Assembly: GCA_965228015.1 (NCBI GenBank)
Contig: OZ245787.1
Coordinates: 1,736,698 to 1,800,697 of the forward strand
Origin: Peptococcia bacterium
GTDB taxonomy: Bacteria; Bacillota; Peptococcia; Peptococcales; SKKY01
DNA: 64,000 nucleotides
Direction of reading: 5' to 3'
Under the pieces are notes generated by a model. The model made no database searches, was not told the origin of the DNA, and worked only from the letters and a program-made list of their open reading frames with translations. Positions 22,559 to 33,254 of this stretch are shown here, piece after piece. Position numbers and translations under genes: made by a program. Every line of letters begins with the position of its first letter. Position 1 is the first letter of the stretch.

Positions 22559-25500
22559 AAGAAAAGATTTGAAAAAAGTAATGGTTATAGGTTCCGGCCC
22601 CATTATTATTGGGCAGGCTGCTGAGTTTGATTATGCGGGTACTCAGGCTTGTAAAGCAATTAAAGAAGAGGGCATAGAGGTAGTTCTGGTAAATAGCAAT
22701 CCGGCAACTATTATGACAGATGAGAACACGGCGGACAGGGTTTATATTGAACCTTTAAATATTGAGTCAATTGAAAAAATTATTGCAAAAGAGAGACCTG
22801 AAGGAATTATCCCGGGGCTTGGTGGCCAGACGGGTCTAAATATGGCTGTGGAGTTATCTGAGGCTGGGATTCTTGAAAAATATGCTGTTGAGTTGCTTGG
22901 AACTAATCTTGAGGCTATTAAAAAGGCTGAGGACAGAGATGAGTTTAAGCAGATGATGAATCAGATAAATGAGCCAATTCCTGAAAGTGGTATTTTTACT
23001 GAATATGCAAGTGCTTTGGAATTTGCCAATAAAGTTGGATTTCCTTTGATAATTCGTCCTGCATATACTTTGGGTGGTACTGGTGGTGGTATAGCCCATG
23101 ATGAAAAGGAATTTCAGGAGATTGTGAACAGGGGAATAAAAGCCAGTCGCATTAATCAGGTACTTGTTGAGCAAAGTGTTTTTGGCTGGAAAGAAATTGA
23201 AATTGAAGTTATGAGGGATCGTAAAAATAATTGTATTATAGTTTGTAGTATGGAGAATCTTGACCCACTGGGAGTCCATACCGGAAATAGTATTGTTTTT
23301 GCACCAGTACAAACTTTGACTGATAAAGACTTTCAAATGTTAAGAACTGCTTCTTTGAAAATTATTCGTGCTCTTGAGGTTGAGGGAGGATGTAATATTC
23401 AGTTTGGTCTTGATATGTATAGTGGGAATTATGTAGTAATAGAAGTTAATCCAAGGGTTTCTCGTTCATCTGCACTTGCTTCCAAGGCTACAGGATACCC
23501 TATTGCTAAAATAGCCGCAAAAATTGTTCTTGGCTACTCTTTGGATGAGCTGACTAATCCGATTACAGGTAAAACAAGTGCTTGTTTTGAACCAAGTATT
23601 GATTATATTGTGTGTAAAATACCCCGCTGGCCCTTTGATAAATTTGCCGAGGGTGATCGTAAGCTAGAAACCCAGATGAAGGCAACGGGAGAGGTTATGG
23701 GAATTGAAAGAACCATTGAAGGGGCTCTTTTAAAAAGTGTTGAATCTTTAGATTTGAAAATTACGGGACTTACCTTAAAAGAAACTGGTCTTTGGTCTGA
23801 AATGAAACTTGAAAACAAGCTGGAAAAGGCAGATGATGAACGTTTATATGCTTTGTCCGAGGCTCTTAGAAGAAAGTATACAATTAAAGAATTGCAGCAC
23901 CTGACAAAAATAAATCCTTTCTTCCTTGCAAAGATTAAAAATATCGTTGATATGGAAGAAAAGCTCAGAGGAAATAAACTGAAATATGATTTAATAATTG
24001 AAGCAAAGAAAATGGGCTTTTCAGACAAACAAATTGCTTCAATTAAGGGAATTAGTGAAGATGCAGTTCGTAAGGAAAGGGATAATATTAACCTAAAGCC
24101 TGTATATAAGATTGTTGATACTTGTGCTGGGGAATTTGAAGCTGTTACCCCATATTATTACTCAACCTATGAAACTGAGAATGAATTAATAAAAGATGAC
24201 CAGAAAAAAGTTTTGGTTCTTGGATCCGGGCCTATCAGAATTGGTCAGGGAATTGAGTTTGACTATTGTTCTATTCATGCTGTCTGGGCTTTACAGGAAG
24301 CAGGATATCAGGCTGTTATAGTAAACAATAATCCAGAAACTGTTAGTACTGACTTTGATACTTCTGATAAATTTTTTTTGAGCCAATTGACTATGAAAAG
24401 GTTATGAATGTTGCTGAATAGTTAGATGTTGCTGGTGTTGTAGTTCAGTTTGCTGGTCAGACAGGCATAAATCTTGCAGAAAAACTTGAATATAGTGGCG
24501 TTAAAGTTCTGGGGACTCCTGTAGAAATGATTGATAGGGCAGAGGATAGAGAAAAGTTCGAGAAATTGATGAAAGAGCTTGGAATACCTCAGACTCAGGG
24601 AAAAACTGCAAAAAGTGTTAATGAAGTTGAAGCTATTGCTAATGAATTAGATTTTCCTTTATTGGTTCGTCCATCCTATGTCCTAGGAGGAAGGACAATG
24701 CAGGTAGTATATGACAGGGAAGAACTGATTCATTATGTTCAATCTGCCGTTGATCTTTCAACAGAGCATCCTGCGCTTATAGATAAGTATATTTTGGGAA
24801 AAGAAGTTGAAGTTGATGCTATTGGAGATGGGGAAGAAATTTTAATTCCTGGGATTATGGAGCATATTGAAAGAGCGGGGGTTCATTCGGGAGATTCTAT
24901 GTCCGCATATCTTTCCTATTCCATTTCTGAAAATGTAAAGAAGAATATTGTAGATTATACAATAAGATTGGGTAAAGTATTAAAGGTTTCCGGAATTTTT
25001 AATATTCAGTTTGTAGTTGCTGATGAAGAAGCTTACGTTCTTGAAGTTAACCCAAGAGCAAGTCGTACAGTTCCTATAATGAGTAAAGTTACTGAAGTTC
25101 CCATGGTTAAGCTTGCAACTATGGCTATGGTTGGCAGGAAACTTAAGGATATGGGTTATAGTGAAGGTTTGTTCCCTGAAAAGCCATATTTTGTAGTTAA
25201 AGCTCCGGTATTCTCCTTTGAGAAGTTTATTCAGGTGGAAACAACTCTTGGCCCTGAGATGAAATCAATTGGAGAAGTTCTTGGAATAGATTTGAATTTT
25301 GAAGCAGCATTATACAAAACTTTTATTGGTACTGGAGTTCGTTATCCTTTGTCAGGAAAAGTAATGGTTGCTTTAGCAAGAAAAGATTATGAAGAAGGAA
25401 AAGAAATTGTTAAAGATTTTCTAAAAATGGGTTATGAAGTTTTTTGTACTGAAGCTACAGGAGAGTTTTTTTGCTAAGGAAGGCCTTGATGTAGTAATTA

Positions 25501-25736
25501 CTGAAGAGTCTTTAAGTATGGTAGAAAATGAGCAGATTGATTTGATTATTAATACTCCAACTAAATCAAGAAATAAGTTAACAAGAGGATTTAAAATGAG
25601 AAGAATAGCAGCAGAAACCAGAACGCCATGTTTTACATCTCTGGATACGGCAAAAGCATTTTTGAAAGCCCGGGTTTGTGAGATTGATAAGACTTTAATT
25701 AGTACAAATACAATTCAGGATTATCTTAAAATGTAA
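22551..25736 (+). pseudogene. carB: carbamoyl-phosphate synthase large subunit, two frameshifts and one in-frame TAG
   Basis: Frames 0 -> 2 -> 0. The first shift is in the T-run 24372-24379 (...DTSDK / [14 protein letters not shown]). An in-frame TAG lies at 24419-24421. The second shift is in the T7 run around 25462-25468 (...TEATGEFF / AKEGLDVVITEE). Confidence 0.88.
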
Positions 25737-25760
25737 AAAAGAAAATCCCTTCTGAGTTTA

Positions 25761-26381
25761 TCAGGAGAGATTTTTTATAATTTTAACAAGGTTTTCTATA
25801 ATTTTAGCTGTAAAACCCCAGATAATTCTGTTTTCATATTGGTAGAACAAAACCGAATATTTTCCAACTCTCCAATTGTAGTCGGTATCGACCCAGTGAG
25901 TAGGAAATTTTTTTTCCGGATTAATTTTAGCCTGAATATCAATAAAATATTCTTCGGGCTCATTTGTTGTGAAAAAGCTAAGAGGAACAGTGAAAACTTC
26001 TTTAACTTCTGATTCATTTGGAATAATTTTTTCGTAATCCATGATTTCCGCGACGAAGGGCCTTATGACAATATTGTATGGAGTTATAAGAGTATCCAGG
26101 TGGGCAAGAACATTTATCTTATCTCTGCTTAGTCCAAATTCCTCCTGGGTTTCTCTTATTGCAGTTTCGATTATTGTTTTATCTCTAGGTTCCCGTCCTC
26201 CACCGGGGAAACTTATTTCCCCGGGCTGGGTAGAAATATTATCGGATCTTACCTGAAAAATAAGATGGTACTCATTATTTATACATGTCAGAGGAACAAG
26301 AACACCAAACTTTTTAAGGTTTTCATATCCGTTTATTCTAAGTTGTCTGTCTTTAAGTTTTTCAAAAAATGCTCTGTTCAT
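25761..26381 (-). CDS. Nudix hydrolase, CoA pyrophosphatase-like
   Basis: Nudix box GGGREPRDKTIIETAIRETQEEFGL is preceded by GEISFPGG, as in NudL-type CoA pyrophosphatases. Confidence 0.7.
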   Translation of the reverse strand: MNRAFFEKLKDRQLRINGYENLKKFGVLVPLTCINNEYHLIFQVRSDNISTQPGEISFPGGGREPRDKTIIETAIRETQEEFGLSRDKINVLAHLDTLITPYNIVIRPFVAEIMDYEKIIPNESEVKEVFTVPLSFFTTNEPEEYFIDIQAKINPEKKFPTHWVDTDYNWRVGKYSVLFYQYENRIIWGFTAKIIENLVKIIKNLS

Positions 26382-26407
26382 GATGTGTATCCTTTCTGTA
26401 ATTAAAA

Positions 26408-27175
26408 TTACCAGTTAATTTGTTTCTTTTCTTTGAAGGCATTGTGGCCTATTTTAGCCTCTTCTGTAGCACAAAGGCTTGCGAAGTGCTGTGAAACAAA
26501 ATCCAGAGCTTTGGCGTATTCTAAATCTGCAACTTCATAAAAGGAAGATTTGCCGATTTGAACAGCGGTTGGACTTTTAGAAGCAATTTTAATTGCAAGT
26601 TCCATTGTTTTTTCTTCAAGTTGTTCCTTTGGAACGGTATAGTTTACTAACCCGATTCTAACAGCTTCTTCTGCGTCGATCATATCTCCTGTAAGTAACA
26701 TTTCTAGAGTTTTCTTTCTTCCGATATTTTGCATTAAAGTTGCAGCAGGGCCTATGCAGAAAAGCCCGATATTCACAGCGGTTGTTCCGAACTTGGTATC
26801 ATCAGATACTATTGCTAAATCTGCTCCTGCAACAAGGGCAACTCCGTTGGCAACGGCAAATTTATGGGCAGAGGCAATAACTGGTTTCTTGATTTTGCTT
26901 ATTGTAAGTGTAATATTATTGATTGGTTTTACCCAGTCAACAAGCTCGCAGTAACTTTTTCCTTCAAATTCAGAAAGATCAATTCCTGCACTAAATGCCC
27001 GGCCTTCTCCTTTAATTATTATTACCCTGATTTCAGGATCTGAATCCATTTCCAGCAAAACTGCGTTTAAATCTGCAGCCATTTGACTGCTAAAGGTATT
27101 TAATTCTTCCGGCCGGTTCATTGATATTGTTCCTATGTAGTTTTCTTTTTTAATTAATAATGTTTTATAACTCAT
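26408..27175 (-). CDS. enoyl-CoA hydratase/isomerase (crotonase) family protein
   Basis: 255 aa with the crotonase fold: ...VIIIKGEGRAFSAGIDL... and ...AVANGVALVAGADLAI.... Confidence 0.85.
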   Translation of the reverse strand: MSYKTLLIKKENYIGTISMNRPEELNTFSSQMAADLNAVLLEMDSDPEIRVIIIKGEGRAFSAGIDLSEFEGKSYCELVDWVKPINNITLTISKIKKPVIASAHKFAVANGVALVAGADLAIVSDDTKFGTTAVNIGLFCIGPAATLMQNIGRKKTLEMLLTGDMIDAEEAVRIGLVNYTVPKEQLEEKTMELAIKIASKSPTAVQIGKSSFYEVADLEYAKALDFVSQHFASLCATEEAKIGHNAFKEKKQINW

Positions 27176-27256
27176 AAAAACACCTCCTTATTTATAAGTC
27201 TAGTACTTTGACATTTAGAATTCAAGGAAAAGGGGTATAAAATTAAAAATAGAGTA

Positions 27257-27285
27257 TTGCAAAAATATGCAAATATAAGTATAAT
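27257..27285 (+). promoter_or_regulatory. argF-argG promoter with candidate ArgR operator
   Basis: TTGCAA, a 17-nt spacer, then TATAAT. The palindrome TTGCA-N6-TGCAA (27257-27272) overlaps the -35 region. The string ATATGCA-N7-GTATAAT is shared with the argC promoter. Confidence 0.5.
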
Positions 27286-27309
27286 TATACATTAATGGAG
27301 GATGATTTT

Positions 27310-28238
27310 ATGATTAATTTAAAAGGGAAAAATTTTATATCACTTAAAGATTTTTCCAGAGAAGAATTGCAATATATTTTAGATTTGTCTTTTGATATTA
27401 AGAAAAAGCAGAAGGCGGGAGAAGAAACTCTTGTTTTGAAGAATAAGGTGCTTGCAATGATATTTAAAAAGGCTTCTACACGCACCAGAATTGCTTTTGA
27501 GGTAGGTATGTATCAATTAGGCGGGAGCAGGTCTTTCTAAGTCCTCGGGAGTCTCAAATTGGTCGTGGTGAGCCTATAGAATATACCGCAAGAGTGCTGT
27601 CTGGTTTTGTTGACGGAATTCTTATCAGAACTTTTAATCAAAAAGAAGTTGATGATCTTGCCGAATACGCTTCAGTTCCAGTAATTAATGGATTAACAGA
27701 TTTATTCCACCCAACTCAGGTTATGGCAGATATGATGACAATAATAGAGGAAAAGGGAAAACTTGAAGGAATTAATTTGACTTATATAGGTGATGGGAAT
27801 AACATGGCTCATTCTTTGTTAATTGGGGGAGCAATAATGGGAATGAATGTTACCATTATTGCTCCTGAATGTTATCAGATTAATCCCGAAATTAAAGAAC
27901 TTGCGGAAACTTTAAAGACAGATGATAATACTGTTCTGAAATATGTAAATTGTCCATTGGAAGGTGCAAAAGATGCTGATGTTCTTTATACAGATGTTTG
28001 GGCAAGTATGGGGTAGGAAGATGAAGCTGCTGCAAGAAAAGAAGTTTTTAAAGGTTTCCAGATAAATGAAAAAGTGCTAGAATTAGCGAAGAAAGACGCC
28101 ATTGTAATGCATTGTTTACCTGCTTACAAAGGACAAGAAATTACGGCTGAAATATTTGAAAAATATTCCCGGATTATCTTTAATGAATCTGAAAACAGAC
28201 TGCATGCCCATAAGGGAATTTTAGCTGCAATAATGTAA
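27310..28238 (+). pseudogene. argF: ornithine carbamoyltransferase, one frameshift and one in-frame TAG
   Basis: STRTR motif present. The frame changes 1 -> 0 near 27525-27532 (...MYQLGG / QVFLSPRESQIGRGEPIEYTARVL). HPTQ motif present. An in-frame TAG at 28014-28016 (DVWASMG*EDE) sits where many OTCs have Gln. HCLP motif present. Confidence 0.88.
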
Positions 28239-28258
28239 TAGAAAAGGAGAAATAAATA

Positions 28259-29461
28259 ATGAAAAAAGTTATATTAGCGTATTCTGGAGGATTGGATACA
28301 TCAATTATTATTCCATGGCTTAAGGAAAATTATGATCTTGAGGTTATTTGTATGGCTGCAGACCTGGGCCAGGGAGAAGAACTTGCTCCTTTAAATGAAA
28401 AGGCTATTAAATCAGGTGCTGAGAAAATTTATATTGAGGATTTAAAAGAAGAATTTGTTAAGGATTTTGTTTTTCCAGTAATAAAATCTGGAGCTTTATA
28501 TGAAGGGAAATATTTATTAGGGACTTCTTTTGCAAGACCGTTAATATCCAAGAAACTTGTGGAAATTGCAGAAAAAGAAGGAGCTGACTACATAGCTCAT
28601 GGAGCTACTGGAAAAGGAAATGACCAGGTTCGTTTTGAACTTACAATTTTTGCTTTGAATCCAAGCTTGAAAGTTATTGCACCTTGGAGAGAGTGGGATA
28701 TTAAGTCAAGAGAAGACGCTATTGACTATGCAGAAAAAAGAGGTATTCCAGTTCCTGTTACTAAAGAGAAAAACTATAGTATGGACAGAAACCTTTTCCA
28801 TTTAAGTCATGAAGGATCAGATCTTGAAGATCCATGGAATGAGCCCAAAAAAGATATTTATATGATTACATGCCACCCTGAAAATGCTCAGGATGAAGCA
28901 GAATATGTAGAAATAGAGTTTGTTGAAGGTAATCCTGTAACAGTAAATGGTAAAAAACTTAGACCAATTGAAATACTTAAAGAATTAAATGCTATTGGTG
29001 CAAGAAATGGTATTGGTATTGTTGACATGGTTGAGAACAGACTTGTGGGTATGAAGTCAAGGGGTGTTTATGAGACTCCAGGTGGCACTATTTTATATAA
29101 AGCTCACCAAGATTTGGAATCTTTAACATTAGACAGAGGGACACTGGAATATAAGCAACTTGTTGCAGTTAAGTATGCACAATTGGTTTATGATGGTTTA
29201 TGGTATACGCCATTAAAAGAATCTTTAGATGCATTTATTAATACGACTCAAAAAAATGTTACAGGTACTGTAAAATTAAGATTATATAAAGGAAATTGTT
29301 TATCTGCAGGTTCAAAATCACCATATTCCTTATATAGTCAGGAATTTGTAACTTTTGAAGAAGATGATGTGTATAACCAAAAGGAAGCTGAAGGTTTTAT
29401 AAATTTATTTGGTCTTCCTTTAAAAGTAAGAGCTATGATGGAAAAAAATACTAAGAAATAA
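28259..29461 (+). CDS. argG: argininosuccinate synthase, intact
   Basis: [12 protein letters not shown]-binding motif. 400-aa uninterrupted ORF. Confidence 0.95.
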   Translation: MKKVILAYSGGLDTSIIIPWLKENYDLEVICMAADLGQGEELAPLNEKAIKSGAEKIYIEDLKEEFVKDFVFPVIKSGALYEGKYLLGTSFARPLISKKLVEIAEKEGADYIAHGATGKGNDQVRFELTIFALNPSLKVIAPWREWDIKSREDAIDYAEKRGIPVPVTKEKNYSMDRNLFHLSHEGSDLEDPWNEPKKDIYMITCHPENAQDEAEYVEIEFVEGNPVTVNGKKLRPIEILKELNAIGARNGIGIVDMVENRLVGMKSRGVYETPGGTILYKAHQDLESLTLDRGTLEYKQLVAVKYAQLVYDGLWYTPLKESLDAFINTTQKNVTGTVKLRLYKGNCLSAGSKSPYSLYSQEFVTFEEDDVYNQKEAEGFINLFGLPLKVRAMMEKNTKK

Positions 29462-29469
29462 GGAATATT

Positions 29470-29496
29470 AGCTGACTTTTGTCAGCTTTATTTTTT
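29470..29496 (+). terminator. intrinsic terminator-like hairpin between argG and argH
   Basis: AGCTGAC (29470-29476) pairs with GTCAGCT (29481-29487), followed by TTATTTTTT. Only about 23 nt separate it from the argH start. Confidence 0.55.
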
Positions 29497-29519
29497 AATT
29501 TGAACGGGAGAGAGTAATT

Positions 29520-30899
29520 ATGAAAAAAATGTGGGGTGGAAGGTTTTCCAAAACAACGGATCACCTGGTTGAAGATTTTCATTCTTCTATTTCCTTTGAT
29601 CAGCGATTATATAGAGAGGATATTAAGGGAAGTATAGCCCATGCCAGAATGCTTGGATTTCAAAACATAATTAGTGAGTCTAAAGCAGATCAGATTATTA
29701 ATGGTCTTCAGGAAGTTTTAAAGGAAATAACTGAAGGTAAAGTTGAGTTTGATGTTGGGGCGGAAGACATTCACATGAATGTTGAATCACTTTTAACAAA
29801 AAAAATTGGGGATGTTGGCAAGAAGCTCCACACGGGAAGAAGCCGTAATGACCAGGTGGCATTAGATGTAAGATTATATTTATTAACTGAAATGGAAGAA
29901 ATTGGTGAGTTACTTGTTAATCTTATGAAAACTCTTACTGATGTTGCTTCTGAAAATGTACGGACAGTACTTCCTGGATACACTCACCTTCAAAGAGCTC
30001 AGCCGATAAACTTTGCGCATCATATGCTTGCGTATTTTGAAATGTTTTACAGGGACTTCCAAAGACTCCAGGATACTGCAAAAAGAACTTCAGTATCTCC
30101 TTTGGGTTCAGGTGCCATAGCGGGAACTACATTTCCATTAAATAGAGAAATGGTGCAAAAGGAGCTGGGTCTTTCTGGGATTACTAACAATAGTCTAGAT
30201 GGGGTTAGTGATAGGGATTTCATTATTGAATTTACATCTTTTTCTGCAATTTTAATGATGCATTTAAGCAGATTATCCGAAGAAATAATTTTTTGGTCAA
30301 GTCAGGAGGCTGCATTTATTGAATTGGATGATGCTTACAGTACTGGTTCAAGTATTATGCCCCAAAAGAAGAATCCCGATGTGGCAGAATTAGTAAGAGG
30401 TAAAACAGGTCGGGTTTATGGTAATCTTATGGGTATACTCACTGTGATGAAGGGCCTTCCTCTTGCTTATAATAAAGATATGCAGGAGGATAAAGAAAGT
30501 CTCTTTAATACAATTGATACTGTAAAAAAATGCCTTTTGGTATATGCACCAATGCTTAAAACCATGAGAGTAAAGAAAGATAAAATGCTTCAGGCGGCTC
30601 AAAAAGGGTATACAAACGCAACAGATCTTGCTGACTATCTTGTATATAAAGGGTTGCCTTTTAGAGATGCCCATGAAGTTTCGGGGAAACTTGTAGCTTA
30701 CGGCATTCTTCATGGGAAAGAACTTGATAATCTTACAATAGAAGAGTTTAAAGAATTTTCGGATATGATAGATGAAGATATTTATAATGCAATTGATGTT
30801 AGGGCTTGTGTTGAAAGAAGAGATATAAAAGGTGGTACAGGATTTAAGAAAACAGAAGAAGAATTAAGAAGAGCTTTAGATATACTGGAAAAGATATAG
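29520..30899 (+). CDS. argH: argininosuccinate lyase, intact
   Basis: 459-aa uninterrupted ORF with MWGGRFSK... at the N-terminus and the fumarate-lyase signature [12 protein letters not shown]. Confidence 0.95.
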   Translation: MKKMWGGRFSKTTDHLVEDFHSSISFDQRLYREDIKGSIAHARMLGFQNIISESKADQIINGLQEVLKEITEGKVEFDVGAEDIHMNVESLLTKKIGDVGKKLHTGRSRNDQVALDVRLYLLTEMEEIGELLVNLMKTLTDVASENVRTVLPGYTHLQRAQPINFAHHMLAYFEMFYRDFQRLQDTAKRTSVSPLGSGAIAGTTFPLNREMVQKELGLSGITNNSLDGVSDRDFIIEFTSFSAILMMHLSRLSEEIIFWSSQEAAFIELDDAYSTGSSIMPQKKNPDVAELVRGKTGRVYGNLMGILTVMKGLPLAYNKDMQEDKESLFNTIDTVKKCLLVYAPMLKTMRVKKDKMLQAAQKGYTNATDLADYLVYKGLPFRDAHEVSGKLVAYGILHGKELDNLTIEEFKEFSDMIDEDIYNAIDVRACVERRDIKGGTGFKKTEEELRRALDILEKI

Positions 30900-30913
30900 T
30901 CAAAAAGATTATC

Positions 30914-30958
30914 ATACCCTATGTTGATATAAAACAAACATTAACATAGGGTATTTTT
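30914..30958 (+). terminator. intrinsic terminator after argH
   Basis: 12-bp stem ATACCCTATGTT (30914-30925) pairs with AACATAGGGTAT (30943-30954), followed by TTTT. Confidence 0.65.
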
Positions 30959-31040
30959 CATTAAATTTATCCTTATTTATAGTACTTAATATATTGATTA
31001 TTTAAATGCTAAATTAAGTAATAAATATATTAATAAATTG

Positions 31041-31070
31041 TTTACAAGGGGAGAGTTATGATGTTATAAT
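31041..31070 (+). promoter_or_regulatory. candidate promoter for the MFS gene
   Basis: TTTACA (31041-31046), an 18-nt spacer, then TGtTATAAT, an extended -10 element ending at 31070. Confidence 0.4.
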
Positions 31071-31111
31071 CATCGGAGTAGTGAAAAAAATACGGAGGTG
31101 TATTTAAGAAA

Positions 31112-32308
31112 ATGAAAAGAGGTTGGCTTATAGTACTAGCCGGTATTGGTATTAACTTGTCATTTGGTGTTCTCTATGCGTGGAGTATTTTTGCAAAGAA
31201 CCTTAGAGAAATAAATGGCTGGACTGCGTCGGAGGCTTCGCTGCCATATACAATGGCAATAATAATGTTTGCTGTTTTAATGATTCCTGGTGGAAGACTT
31301 CAGGATAAAATGGGTCCAAGATTTGTTGTAGTATTAGCGGGAGCTTTAATAGGTTCTGGTATGATTTTATCTAGTTTTGTTTCAACATCATCAGTTTTAC
31401 TAGCAATTACTTTTGGTGTTCTTGGTGGAGTGGGTATTGGTCTTGGTTATTCTGCAACGACTCCAGTTGCTGTAAAGTGGTTTCCTCCATCTAAAAAAGG
31501 TTTAATTTCAGGATTGGTTGTTGGCGGATTCGGTTTAGCTCCTTTATATATAGCTCCATTAACAAAAATGTTAATTGCTTCAATGGGTATTGCGGGAACT
31601 TTCAGAAGCTTAGGTTTCTTATTCTTAGGTGTTGTTGTAGTTTTAGGTATGACACTTAAAAATCCAGAAAAACCAGCTGCAGATGCTCTATCTACTGCTC
31701 CCGGTGTAGTTCAAAAGCCTGCAGGAAAAGATTATGTATGACAAGAGATGATTAAAACTGTTCAGTTTAAGCAACTTTGGATTATGTTTTTCGTTGGTGC
31801 TGTGGCTGGGTTGGTGATTATTGGTCACCTTGCAACAATTGTTTCTGAATAATCAAATGGACTTGTTAATGCTTCTGCAGTTGTTATGATAGCTTCTATT
31901 GCGAATGCTCTTGGAAGACCTGCTGCAGGTGTAATATCTGATAAAATTGGAAGAACTAAGACAATGATGGTGCTTTATACATTGCAAGGAACTGCTTTAA
32001 TTCTATACTCAACATTCTCAAGCTTTATTCTTTTAACATTAGGTGCATGTATAATAACTTTTGGTTACGGTGCTATGCTTGCAGTTTATCCTTCAGCAGC
32101 GGGAGATTTTTATGGTGCTAAGAACCTTGGCTTAAACTACGGAGTTCTTTTCTCAGCCTGGGGCGTTGGAGGAATTGTAGGACCACGGCTAGCTGGTTTC
32201 TTCCTTGATTCTACTGGAACTTATCAGACTGCTTTTTATACAGCAGCAGCACTTTGTTTTGTTGGAGCTTTCATTGGATTTATCCTAAAGCCGGTAAAGC
32301 ACAGTTAA
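31112..32308 (+). pseudogene. MFS transporter (oxalate/formate antiporter-like family), two in-frame stops and no frameshift
   Basis: A single frame runs throughout, interrupted by TGA at 31739-31741 (GKDYV*QEMIKTVQF) and TAA at 31850-31852 (ATIVSE*SNGLV). There are hydrophobic 12-TM-like halves on both sides. Confidence 0.75.
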
Positions 32309-32343
32309 TATTAACTTAATGTCTAATATATTAATAAATAAGT

Positions 32344-32377
32344 GGACAAGGTTAACGTAAACCTTGTCCTTTTTTTG
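32344..32377 (+). terminator. intrinsic terminator after the MFS gene
   Basis: 10-bp stem GGACAAGGTT pairs with AACCTTGTCC, followed by T8. Confidence 0.75.
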
Positions 32378-32410
32378 TCTATAAATAAAATAAATTTAGA
32401 ATTACATACC

Positions 32411-32439
32411 TTGCCATTTCAAAATTAAAGGAGTATAAT
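32411..32439 (+). promoter_or_regulatory. sigma-A type promoter upstream of the SatP-like gene
   Basis: TTGCCA, exactly 17 nt of spacer, then TATAAT. This leaves a leader of about 145 nt. Confidence 0.5.
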
Positions 32440-32484
32440 ATCAAATCGTAATCAAGTTTGTAAAAACTTTATGTAAAAAATTAC

Positions 32485-32512
32485 GAATTTGAAAACTTGA
32501 ATTTGAAAACTT
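32485..32512 (+). repeat. perfect tandem duplication 2 x 14 bp (GAATTTGAAAACTT) in the SatP-like gene leader
   Basis: The two copies, at 32485-32498 and 32499-32512, are identical. Confidence 0.9.
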
Positions 32513-32584
32513 ATAGGTTTTTAAACACAAAAAAAGAAAAAGAAAAGATTTTGACTAACTAAAATTTAAAACAAAATAGGAGAG

Positions 32585-33142
32585 ATGTTTAAGGTGAATG
32601 TTGTAAATCCAGAAGCAATTGGCGTATTTGGCCTTTGCGTAACAGTTTGGATATTTGGTGTTGAACAGCTTGGAATCGGTGTTGACAAAGATACTGACTA
32701 CGCTAAATTAGGTAGAAGTCTTGCAAATGTTGCTTTATACTTTGGTGGTTTTGCACAATTATTTACTGCTTTTTGTATGTTTTTCTTTGATATGGGTATT
32801 GCACCAGAAGCTAGAATTTTTTCAGGTACAATTTTTGCTACATACGGATTATTCTGGGTGGTTGTGGCTATGCACTTTTACAATCCTGGCGATAAAAAAG
32901 TATATGCCCATTTTTTCCTAGGCATTTTCTTCATGACAGCTGTATTTGCATACAAACACATCATGGTAAATGGAAACTTTGGTGCTTTAGGTATTACGCT
33001 ATTATTAATTAATGTTCTTACAATTATTCTTCCATTTGCTTGGTATAAGCCAAGCCCAATGTTAAGTAAACTTGCTGGTGCAGTTAATATTGCAATAGGA
33101 TTAGCTGCACTTCCTTTAATGTTCCACGTTTTAGGACTATAA
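32585..33142 (+). CDS. GPR1/FUN34/YaaH (SatP-type) acetate/succinate channel family protein
   Basis: 185-aa protein with six TM helices. The N-terminal NPEAIGVFGL and the central YGLFW resemble the family motifs NPAPLGL and YG.FW. Confidence 0.65.
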   Translation: MFKVNVVNPEAIGVFGLCVTVWIFGVEQLGIGVDKDTDYAKLGRSLANVALYFGGFAQLFTAFCMFFFDMGIAPEARIFSGTIFATYGLFWVVVAMHFYNPGDKKVYAHFFLGIFFMTAVFAYKHIMVNGNFGALGITLLLINVLTIILPFAWYKPSPMLSKLAGAVNIAIGLAALPLMFHVLGL

Positions 33143-33173
33143 TTTAAATTTTTTGGTATTAGTTAGTCAACTC

Positions 33174-33199
33174 GCCCACTTTAAAGTGGGCCTTTTTTT
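33174..33199 (+). terminator. intrinsic terminator
   Basis: GCCCACTT pairs with AAGTGGGC, followed by T7. Confidence 0.65.
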
Positions 33200-33254
33200 A
33201 TTAAATTTTGTACTAAAATTAAATAATTAATAATTATGAGAAGAAGGTGTTTTC

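Noticed and set aside
22854-24028. Long antisense ORFs inside carB (160 aa and 141 aa), with similar cases at 18963-19331, 20769-21134, 33266-33625, 46598-47008 and 57708-58058
   Set aside because: They lie entirely opposite well-supported genes, have low-complexity Ser/Phe/Ile/Lys-rich translations typical of AT-rich shadow frames, and lack Shine-Dalgarno sequences.
25737-25760. Bidirectional terminator between carB and the Nudix gene
   Set aside because: Only a weak imperfect pairing (CTGA...TCAG core) could be drawn, which is not convincing enough to report as a feature.
32485-32512. CRISPR-like or larger tandem array
   Set aside because: There are only two adjacent 14-bp units with no spacers. 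I saw no other repeat-spacer structure anywhere in the window.
32721-32921. 66-aa ORF overlapping the SatP-like gene in another frame
   Set aside because: It lies fully inside a well-supported membrane protein gene, has no SD sequence, and has a hydrophobic shadow-frame composition.
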